DNA of 41,867 nt, from contig JAUCBJ010006292.1 in assembly GCA_032718475.1 (NCBI GenBank), positions 1 through 41,867 on the forward strand, given 5' to 3'. The notes below the pieces were generated by a model that did no database searches, was not told the origin of the DNA, and worked only from the letters and a program-made list of their open reading frames with translations. Shown here piece by piece: positions 12,801 through 24,800 of the stretch (its first letter is position 1; every line of letters starts with the position of its first letter). This DNA is from Nemertoderma westbladi (Eukaryota; Animalia; Xenacoelomorpha). The translations under genes were made by a program, and so were the position numbers.

Positions 12801-15800
12801 AAGATATTAAAACCACCCATCGTGCCGAAAGGTAAGATATTAAAACCATCAACCGTGTTGAAAGGTTAAGATATTAAAACCATCAACCGTGCTGAAAGGT
12901 AAGATATTAAAACCATCAACCGTGCTGAAAGGTAAGATATTAAAACCATCAACCGTGCTGAGGTAAGATTAAGATATTAAAACCATCAACCGTGCTGAAA
13001 GGTAAGATATTAAAACCATCAACCGTGCTGAAAGGTAAGATATTAAAACCATCAACCGTGCTGAAAGGTAAGATATTAAAACCATCAACCGTGCTGAGGT
13101 AAGATATTAAAACCATCAACCGTGCTGAAAGGTGAGATATTAAAACCATCAACCGTGCTGAAAGGTAAGATATTAAAACCATCAACCGTGCTCAGGTAAG
13201 ATTAAGATATTAAAACCTTCAACCGTGCTGAGGTAAGATATTAAAACCATCAACCGTGCTGAAAGGTAAGATATTAAAACCATCAACCGCGGTGAAAGGT
13301 AAGATATTAAAACCATCAACCGTGCTGAAAGGTGAGATATTAAAACCATCAACCGTGCTGAGGTAAGATATTAAAACCATCAACCGTGCTGAGGTAAGAT
13401 ATTAAAACCTTCAACCGTGCTGAGGTAAGATATTAAAACCATCAACCGAGCTGAAAGGTAAGATATTAAAACCATCAACCGTGCTGAAAGGTTAAGATAT
13501 TAAAACCATCAATCGTGCTGAAAGGTAAGATATTAAAACCATCAACCGTGCTGAAAGGTAAGATATTAAAACCTTCAACCGTGCTGAGGTAAGATATTAA
13601 AACCATCAACCGTGCTGAAAGGTAAGATATTAAAACCATCAACCGTGCTGAGGTAAGATATTAAAACCATCAACCGTGCTGAGGTAAGATATTAAAACCA
13701 TCAACCGTACTGAGGTAAGATATTAAAACCTTCAACCGTGCTGAGGTAAGATATTAAAACCATCAACCGTGCTGAAAGGTAAGATATTAAAACCATCAAC
13801 CGTGCTGAGGTAAGATATTAAAACCATCAACCGTGCTGAAAGTTAAGATGTTAAAACCATCAACTGTGCTGAGGTAAGATATTAAAACCATCAACCGTGC
13901 TGAAAGGTAAGATATTAAAACCTTCAACCGTGCTGAGGTAAGATATTAAAACCATCAACCGTGCTGAAAGGTAAGATATTAAAACCATCAACCGTGCTGA
14001 GGTAAGATATTAAAACCATCAACCGTGCTGAGGTAAGATATTAAAACCTTCAACCGTGCTGAGGTAAGATATTAAAACCATCAAACGTGCTGAGGTAAGA
14101 TATTAAAACCATCAACCGTGCTGAAAGGTAAGATATTAAAACCATCAACCGTGGTGCTGAAAGGTAAGATATTAAAACCATCAACCATGCTGAAAGGTTA
14201 AGATATTAAAACCACCCATCATGCCGAAAGGTAAGATATTAAAACCATCAACCGTGCTGAAAGGTTAAGATATTAAAACCATCAACCGTGCTGAAAGGTA
14301 AGATATTAAAACCATCAACCGTGCTGAGGTAAGATATTAAAACCATCAACCGTGCTGAAAGGTAAGATATTAAAACCATCAACCGTGCTGAAAGGTAAGA
14401 TATTAAAACCATCAACCGTGCCGAGGTAAGATTAAGATATTAAAACCATCAACCGTGCTGAAAGGTAAGGTATTAAAACCATCAACAGTGCTGAAAGGTA
14501 AGATATTAAAACCATCAACCGTGCTGAAAGGTAAGATATTAAAACCATCAATCGTGCCGAAAGGTAAGATATTAAAACCATCAACCGTGCTGAAAGGTAA
14601 GATATTAAAACCATCAACCGTGCTGAAAGGTAAAATATTAAAACCATCAGCCGTGCTGAAAGGTAAGATATTAAAACCATCAACCGTGCTGAAAGGTAAA
14701 ATATTAAAACCATCAGCCGTGCTGAGGTAAGATATTAAAACCATCAACCGTGCTGAGGTAAGATATTAAAACCATCAACCGTGCTGAGGTAAGATATTAA
14801 AACCATTAACCGTGCTGAAAGGTAAGATATTAAAACCATCAACCGTGCTAAGGTAAGATTAAGATATTAAAACCATCAACCGTGCTGAAAGGTAAGGTAT
14901 TAAAACCATCAACAGTGCTGAAAGGTAAGATATTAAAACCATCAACCGTGCTGAAAGGTAAGATATTAAAACCATCAACCGTGCTGAAAGGTAAGATATT
15001 AAAACCATCAACCGTTCTGAGGTAAGATATTAAAACCATCAACCGTGCTGAAAGGTAAGATATTAAAATCATCAACCGTGCTGAAAGGTAATATATTAAA
15101 ACTATCAACCGTGCTGAGGTAAGATATTAAAACCTTCAACCGTGCTGAGGTAAGATATTAAAACCATCAACCGTGCTGAAAGGTAAGATATTAAAACCAT
15201 CAACCGTGCTGAAAGGTAAGATATTAAAACCACCAACCGTGCTGAGGTAAGATATTAAAACCACCAACCGTGCTGAGGTAAGATATTAAAACCATCAACC
15301 GTGCTGAGGTAAGATATTAAAACCATCAACCGTGCTGAGGTAAGATATTAAAACCATCAACCGTGCTGAGGTAAGATATTAAAACCATCAACCGTGCTGA
15401 AAGGTAAGATATTAAAACCATCAACCGTGCTGAGGTAAGATATTAAAACCATCAACCGTGGTGAGGTAAGATATTAAAACCATCAATCGTGCTGAAAGGT
15501 AAGATATTAAAACCATCAACCATGCTGAGGTAAGATATTAAAACAATCAATCGTGCTGAAAGGTAAGATATTAAAACCATCAACCATGCTGAAAGGTTAA
15601 GATATTAAAACCATCAATCGTGCCGAAAGGTAAGATATTAAAACCATCAACCGTGCTGAGGTAAGATATTAAAACCATCAACCGTGCTGAAAGGTAAGAT
15701 ATTAAAACCATCAACCGTGCTGAGGTAAGATATTAAAACCATCAACCGTGCTGAGGTAAGATATTAAAACCATCAATCGTGCTGAAAGGTAAGATATTAA

Positions 15801-18800
15801 AACCATCAATCGTGCTGAAAGGTAAGATATTAAAACCATCAATCGTGCTGAAAGGTAAGATATTAAAACCATCAACCATGCTGAAAGGATAAGATATTAA
15901 AACCATCAATCGTGCTGAAAGGTAAGATATTAAAACCATCAACCGTGCTGAAAGGTAAGATATTAAAACCATCAACCGTGCTGAAAGGTAAAATATTAAA
16001 ACCATCAGCCGTGCTGAGGTAAGATATTAAAACCATCAACCGTGCTGAGGTAAGATATTAAAACCATCAATCGTGCTGAAAGGTAAGATATTAAAACCAT
16101 CAACCATGCTGAAAGGTTAAGATATTAAAACCATCAATCGTGCCGAAAGGTAAGATATTAAAACCATCAACCGTGATGAAAGGTAAGATATTAAAACCAT
16201 CAACCGTGCTGAAAGGTAAGATATTAAAACCATCAACCGTGCTGAAAGGTAAGATATTAAAACCATCAACCGTGCTGAAAGGTAAGATATTAAAACCATC
16301 AACCGTGCTGAGGTAAGATATTAAAACCATCAACCGTGCTGAAAGGTAAGATATTAAAACCATCAACCGTGCTGAAAGGTATTATATTAAAACCATCAAC
16401 CGTGCTGAGGTAAGATATTAAAACCATCAACCGTGCTGAAAGGTAAGATATTAAAACCATCAACCGTGCTGAAAGGTAAGATATTAAAACCATCAACCGT
16501 GCTGAGGTAAGATATTAAAACCATCAACCGTGCTGAAAGGTAAGATATTAAAACCATCAACCGTGCCGAGGTAAGATTAAGATATTAAAACCATCAACCG
16601 TGCTGAAAGGTGAGATATTAAAACCATCAACCGTGCTGAGGTAAGATATTAAAACCATCAACCGTGCTGAGGTAAGATATTAAAACCTTCAACCGTGCTG
16701 AGGTAAGATATTAAAACCATCAACCGAGCTGAAAGGTAAGATATTAAAACCATCAACCGTGCTGAAAGGTTAAGATATTAAAACCATCAATCGTGCTGAA
16801 AGGTAAGATATTAAAACCATCAACCGTGCTGAAAGGTAAGATATTAAAACCTTCAACCGTGCTGAGGTAAGATATTAAAACCATCAACCGTGCTGAAAGG
16901 TAAGATATTAAAACCATCAACCGTGCTGAGGTAAGATATTAAAACCATCAACCGTGCTGAGGTAAGATATTAAAACCATCAACCGTACTGAGATAAGATA
17001 TTAAAACCTTCAACCGTGCTGAGGTAAGATATTAAAACCATCAACCGTGCTGAAAGGTAAGATATTAAAACCATCAACCGTGCTGAGGTAAGATATTAAA
17101 ACCATCAACCGTGCTGAAAGTTAAGATGTTAAAACCATCAACCGTGCTGAGGTAAGATATTAAAACCATCAACCGTGCTGAAAGGTAAGATATTAAAACC
17201 TTCAACCGTGCTGAGGTAAGATATTAAAACCATCAACCGTGCTGAGGTAAGATATTAAAACCATCAACCGTGCTGAAAGTTAAGATGTTAAAACCATCAA
17301 CCGTGCTGAAAGGTAAGATATTAAAACCATCAACCGTGCTGAGGTAAGATATTAAAACCATCAACCGTGCTGAGGTAAGATATTAAAACCTTCAACCGTG
17401 CTGAGGTAAGATATTAAAACCATCAAACGTGCTGAGGTAAGATATTAAAACCATCAACCGTGCTGAAAGGTAAGATATTAAAACCATCAACCGTGGTGCT
17501 GAAAGGTAAGATATTAAAACCATCAACCATGCTGAAAGGTTAAGATATTAAAACCACCCATCGTGCCGAAAGGTAAGATATTAAAACCATCAACCGTGCT
17601 GAAAGGTTAAGATATTAAAACCATCAACCGTGCTGAAAGGTAAGATATTAAAACCATCAACCGTGCTGAGGTAAGATATTAAAACCATCAACCGTGCTGA
17701 AAGGTAAGATATTAAAACCATCAACCGTGCTGAAAGGTAAGATATTAAAACCATCAACCGTGCCGAGGTAAGATTAAGATATTAAAACCATCAACCGTGC
17801 TGAAAGGTAAGGTATTAAAACCATCAACAGTGCTGAAAGGTAAGATATTAAAACCATCAACCGTGCTGAAAGGTAAGATATTAAAACCATCAATCGTGCC
17901 GAAAGGTAAGATATTAAAACCATCAACCGTGCTGAAAGGTAAGATATTAAAACCATCAACCGTGCTGAAAGGTAAAATATTAAAACCATCAGCCGTGCTG
18001 AAAGGTAAGATATTAAAACCATCAACCGTGCTGAAAGGTAAAATATTAAAACCATCAGCCGTGCTGAGGTAAGATATTAAAACCATCAACCGTGCTGAGG
18101 TAAGATATTAAAACCATCAACCGTGCTGAGGTAAGATATTAAAACCATCAACCGTGCTGAAAGGTAAGATATTAAAACCATCAACCGTGCTGAGGTAAGA
18201 TTAAGATATTAAAACCATCAACCGTGCTGAAAGGTAAGGTATTAAAACCATCAACAGTGCTGAAAGGTAAGATATTAAAACCATCAACCGTGCTGAAAGG
18301 TAAAATATTAAAACCATCAGCCGTGCTGAGGTAAGATATTAAAACCATCAACCGTGCTGAGGTAAGATATTAAAACCATCAATCGTGCTGAAAGGTAAGA
18401 TATTAAAACCATCAACCATGCTGAAAGGTTAAGATATTAAAACCATCAATCGTGCCGAAAGGTAAGATATTAAAACCATCAACCGTGCTGAAAGGTAAGA
18501 TATTAAAACCATCAACCGTGCTGAAAGATTAAGATATTAAAACCATCAACCGTGCTGAAAGGTAAGATATTAAAACCATCAACCGTGATGAAAGGTAAGA
18601 TATTAAAACCATCAACCGTGCTGAAAGGTAAGATATTAAAACCATCAACCGTGCTGAAAGGTAAGATATTAAAACCATCAACCGTGCTGAAAGGTATTAT
18701 ATTAAAACCATCAACCGTGCTGAGGTAAGATATTAAAACCATCAACCGTGCTGAAAGGTAAGATATTAAAACCATCAACCGTGCTGAAAGGTAAGATATT

Positions 18801-21800
18801 AAAACCATCAACCGTGCTGAGGTAAGATATTAAAACCATCAACCGTGCTGAAAGGTAAGATATTAAAACCATCAACCGTGCCGAGGTAAGATTAAGATAT
18901 TAAAACCATCAACCGTGCTGAAAGGTGAGATATTAAAACCATCAACCGTGCTGAGGTAAGATATTAAAACCATCAACCGTGCTGAGGTAAGATATTAAAA
19001 CCTTCAACCGTGCTGAGGTAAGATATTAAAACCATCAACCGAGCTGAAAGGTAAGATATTAAAACCATCAACCGTGCTGAAAGGTTAAGATATTAAAACC
19101 ATCAATCGTGCTGAAAGGTAAGATATTAAAACCATCAACCGTGCTGAAAGGTAAGATATTAAAACCTTCAACCGTGCTGAGGTAAGATATTAAAACCATC
19201 AACCGTGCTGAAAGGTAAGATATTAAAACCATCAACCGTGCTGAGGTAAGATATTAAAACCATCAACCGTGCTGAGGTAAGATATTAAAACCATCAACCG
19301 TACTGAGGTAAGATATTAAAACCTTCAACCGTGCTGAGGTAAGATATTAAAACCATCAACCGTGCTGAAAGGTAAGATATTAAAACCATCAACCATGCTG
19401 AGGTAAGATATTAAAACCATCAACCGTGCTGAAAGTTAAGATGTTAAAACCATCAACCGTGCTGAGGTAAGATATTAAAACCATCAACCGTGCTGAAAGG
19501 TAAGATATTAAAACCTTCAACCGTGCTGAGGTAAGATATTAAAACCATCAACCGTGCTGAAAGGTAAGATATTAAAACCATCAACCGTGCTGAGGTAAGA
19601 TATTAAAACCATCAACCGTGCTGAGGTAAGATATTAAAACCTTCAACCGTGCTGAGGTAAGATATTAAAACCATCAAACGTGCTGAGGTAAGATATTAAA
19701 ACCATCAACCGTGCTGAAAGGTAAGATATTAAAACCATCAACCGTGGTGCTGAAAGGTAAGATATTAAAACCATCAACCATGCTGAAAGGTTAAGATATT
19801 AAAACCACCCATCGTGCCGAAAGGTAAGATATTAAAACCATCAACCGTGCTGAAAGGTTAAGATATTAAAACCATCAACCGTGCTGAAAGGTAAGATATT
19901 AAAACCATCAACCGTGCTGAGGTAAGATATTAAAACCATCAACCGTGCTGAAAGGTAAGATATTAAAACCATCAACCGTGCTGAAAGGTAAGATATTAAA
20001 ACCATCAACCGTGCCGAGGTAAGATTAAGATATTAAAACCATCAACCGTGCTGAAAGGTAAGGTATTAAAACCATCAACAGTGCTGAAAGGTAAGATATT
20101 AAAACCATCAACCGTGCTGAAAGGTAAGATATTAAAACCATCAATCGTGCCGAAAGGTAAGATATTAAAACCATCACCCGTGCTGAAAGGTAAGATATTA
20201 AAACCATCAACCGTGCTGAAAGGTAAAATATTAAAACCATCAGCCGTGCTGAAAGGTAAGATATTAAAACCATCAACCGTGCTGAAAGGTAAAATATTAA
20301 AACCATCAGCCGTGCTGAGGTAAGATATTAAAACCATCAACCGTGCTGAGGTAAGATATTAAAACCATCAACCGTGCTGAGGTAAGATATTAAAACCATC
20401 AACCGTGCTGAAAGGTAAGATATTAAAACCATCAACCGTGCTGAGGTAAGATTAAGATATTAAAACCATCAACCGTGCTGAAAGGTAAGGTATTAAAACC
20501 ATCAACAGTGCTGAAAGGTAAGATATTAAAACCATCAACCGTGCTGAAAGGTAAGATATTAAAACCATCAACCGTGCTGAAAGGTAAGATATTAAAACCA
20601 TCAACCGTTCTGAGGTAAGATATTAAAACCATCAACCGTGCTGAAAGGTAAGATATTAAAATCATCAACCGTGCTGAAAGGTAATATATTAAAACTATCA
20701 ACCGTGCTGAGGTAAGATATTAAAACCTTCAACCGTGCTGAGGTAAGATATTAAAACCATCAACCGTGCTGAAAGGTAAGATATTAAAACCATCAACCGT
20801 GCTGAAAGGTAAGATATTAAAACCACCAACCGTGCTGAGGTAAGATATTAAAACCACCAACCGTGCTGAGGTAAGATATTAAAACCATCAACCGTGCTGA
20901 GGTAAGATATTAAAACCATCAACCGTGCTGAGGTAAGATATTAAAACCATCAACCGTGCTGAGGTAAGATATTAAAACCATCAACCGTGCTGAAAGGTAA
21001 GATATTAAAACCATCAACCGTGCTGAGGTAAGATATTAAAACCATCAACCGTGGTGAGGTAAGATATTAAAACCATCAATCGTGCTGAAAGGTAAGATAT
21101 TAAAACCATCAACCATGCTGAGGTAAGATATTAAAACCATCAATCGTGCTGAAAGGTAAGATATTAAAACCATCAACCATGCTGAAAGTTTAAGATATTA
21201 AAACCATCAATCGTGCCGAAAGGTAAGATATTAAAACCATCAACCGTGCTGAGGTAAGATATTAAAACCATCAACCGTGCTGAAAGGTAAGATATTAAAA
21301 CCATCAACCGTGCTGAGGTAAGATATTAAAACCATCAACCGTGCTGAGGTAAGATATTAAAACCATCAATCGTGCTGAAAGGTAAGATATTAAAACCATC
21401 AATCGTGCTGAAAGGTAAGATATTAAAACCATCAATCGTGCTGAGGTAAGATATTAAAACCATCAATCGTGCTGAAAGGTAAGATATTAAAACCATCAAT
21501 CGTGCTGAAAGGTAAGATATTAAAACCATCAATCGTGCTGAAAGGTAAGATATTAAAACCATCAACCATGCTGAAAGGTTAAGATATTAAAACCATCAAT
21601 CGTGCTGAAAGGTAAGATATTAAAACCATCAACCGTGCTGAAAGGTAAGATATTAAAACCATCAACCGTGCTGAAAGGTAAAATATTAAAACCATCAGCC
21701 GTGCTGAGGTAAGATATTAAAACCATCAACCGTGCTGAGGTAAGATATTAAAACCATCAATCGTGCTGAAAGGTAAGATATTAAAACCATCAACCATGCT

Positions 21801-24800
21801 GAAAGGTTAAGATATTAAAACCATCAATCGTGCCGAAAGGTAAGATATTAAAACCATCAACCGTGCTGAAAGGTAAGATATTAAAACCATCAACCGTGCT
21901 GAAAGATTAAGATATTAAAACCATCAACCGTGCTGAAAGGTAAGATATTAAAACCATCAACCGTGATGAAAGGTAAGATATTAAAACCATCAACCGTGCT
22001 GAAAGGTAAGATATTAAAACCATCAACCGTGCTGAAAGGTAAGATATTAAAACCATCAACCGTGCTGAAAGGTATTATATTAAAACCATCAACCGTGCTG
22101 AGGTAAGATATTAAAACCATCAACCGTGCTGAAAGGTAAGATATTAAAACCATCAACCGTGCTGAAAGGTAAGATATTAAAACCATCAACCGTGCTGAGG
22201 TAAGATATTAAAACCATCAATCGTGCTGAAAGGTAAGATATTAAAACCATCAACCATGCGGAAAGGTTAAGATATTAAAACCACCCATCGTGCCGAAAGG
22301 TAAGATATTAAAACCATCAACCGTGTTGAAAGGTTAAGATATTAAAACCATCAACCGTGCTGAAAGGTAAGATATTAAAACCATCAACCGTGCTGAAAGG
22401 TAAGATATTAAAACCATCAACCGTGCTGAGGTAAGATTAAGATATTAAAACCATCAACCGTGCTGAAAGGTAAGATATTAAAACCATCAACCGTGCTGAA
22501 AAGTAAGATATTAAAACCATCAACCGTGCTGAAAGGTAAGATATTAAAACCATCAACCGTGCTGAGGTAAGATATTAAAACCATCAACCGTGCTGAAAGG
22601 TAAGATATTAAAACCATCAACCGTGCTGAAAGGTAAGATATTAAAACCATCAACCGTGCTGAGGTAAGATTAAGATATTAAAACCATCAACCGTGCTGAA
22701 AGGTAAGGTATTAAAACCATCAACCGTGCTGAAAGGTAAGATATTAAAACCATCAACCGTGCTGGAGGTAAGATATTAAAACCATCAACCGTGCTGAAAG
22801 GTAAGATATTAAAACCATCAACCGTGCTGAAAGGTAAGATATTAAAACCATCAACCGTGCTGAGGTAAGATATTAAAACCATCAACCGTGCTGAGGTAAG
22901 ATATTAAAACCATCAACCGTGCTGAAAGGTATGATATTAAAACCATCAGCCGTGCTGAGGTAAGATATTAAAACCTTCAACCGTGCTGAGGTAAGATATT
23001 AAAACCATCAACCGTGCTGAAAGGTAAGATATTAAAACCATCAACCGTGCTGAGGTAAGATATTAAAACCTTCAACCGTGCTGAGGTAAGATATTAAAAC
23101 CATCAACCGTGCTGAAAGGTAAGATATTAAAACCATCAGCCGTGCTGAGGTAAGATATTAAAACCTTCAACCGTGCTGAGGTAAGATATTAAAACCATCA
23201 ACCGTGCTGAAAGGTAAGATATTAAAACCATCAACCGCGGTGAAAGGTAAGATATTAAAACCATCAACCGTGCTGAAAGGTGAGATATTAAAACCATCAA
23301 CCGTGCTGAGGTAAGATATTAAAACCATCAACCGTGCTGAGGTAAGATATTAAAACCTTCAACCTCAGGTAAAATATAGACCTGGAAATACTACATGACA
23401 CCTTGTATGTCCGCAATTTACCTCTTTACCATAGGCTGCCACTGTACTCAACCCTACCGTACTTGGCCGTCTTTAACCACTCGCTACAATGTAAGGATAG
23501 TGTATATTAACCATGAACCATCACGGCCACAATGATTAATTATACATTCTAGCTACTAAATTAGGTAGGACAGTTACACTCATAGAGAATTGCGACCGGT
23601 ATATTTATAGTTTATTATTGTTACTTCGAGTTATTCGATTCGAGTATTAGTTACTTCCAACCCGGAGGTTACCGGTTCGAGCCCACCTGGACGTCATTGC
23701 TGACTTCGCAAAAGCTGTGCCCAACAAACAGTTATAATAATATGAAGCCACTCATTCACCCATAACACCAATAATAAACCTTAGTTTGTATCATAAAATG
23801 TTCAATAATGTTGGTCCCTGAAGATAAAATTACACCTTAGTATTTTTATGTACAATTAAATATATAAATAAGATATAATGTTACGGGCATATAAAACGAG
23901 GAACCAAATAAATATCTGTACTTTTTATTTTTAGATATCGATACGATTATATGGATGACATCATATACCCAGATGGTTAGTATTGTATTATTGTGGGGCG
24001 AGTCAAAACTGCGAGCCATGAGCGAGCTGTTATAATTATACTATGGCCGTTTTCCAAACGTCTGTTAGTCTGTGGGGGTGTGTCCGGGTATGTGTGTGTC
24101 GGAAGCCATAATTGTCGGAAGCCAAGATCTGAATAGGCCTATGCAGTATAACTAGCCATAATAAAATTATAATTGTTCGCTAATATGGCTTGCAGCTTTT
24201 GCTGCACGAAGCAAAATTGTGTAATTCCCGTATATTTTAGAATATAAGTCACTTTTTAGATGAGCTGTTTGCCACGATTTGGGACGTTTAATAAACTTAT
24301 TTATTTTGCAGATGATCTGGTTTTCCAGGAGGGACGAATTCACATTGACTTCGGGCGATTATGTGACAGAATGCCAAACTCCGAAGGTTGCAAAGAAATG
24401 GTCAGACAAGCATTGGTCTACGTCAACTATATGCTTGACAATGTTGATATCGGACAAATGCTCGAAAATGTTGATATCGACCAAATTATGAATAACCTAA
24501 ATTTCGACGAGATATTGAACAACATGAATCTCGATGAGTTGATGGCAAATTTCGGAAATATCGATCTCGAACACTTCGATATGGAACAGGTGCAACAATT
24601 CCTCCAGGATTCAGGGTGAGTAGTTTTAGTGATTATAAGTAATAGTTGATACAAGTTCAGTTCCTGATGAGTATTGCAACAAACCTTGCTGTGTGTTTTT
24701 AATACAATTTGGCTTTTCGGTTATTTTTCTTATATATTTTTTGCTAAAACATACAGTAGGCAGGCCCCTACATAATACTGTAACAGGACGGGTTTTTGTT

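Noticed and set aside
1959-22885. Dozens of ORFs such as STVDGFNILPF, MVLISYLSARL and LKGKILKPSTV repeats
   Set aside because: By-products of a 33-bp period, broken at every 31/34/37-bp unit, and mostly starting at non-ATG codons
2044-23377. CRISPR array (31-37 bp repeats)
   Set aside because: Units are head-to-tail with no unique spacers, there are no cas genes, and the context is eukaryotic and intronic
2072-23377. Recursive (AG|GT ratchet) splice sites or a cassette micro-exon array
   Set aside because: AGGT is present but the unit has no polypyrimidine tract, so functional acceptors are unlikely; reads would be needed to exclude it fully
23435-23490. Candidate extra exon (taccatag| ... 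AAT|GTAAGG)
   Set aside because: Its 56 nt would shift the phase between exons 3 and 4, which already join in frame
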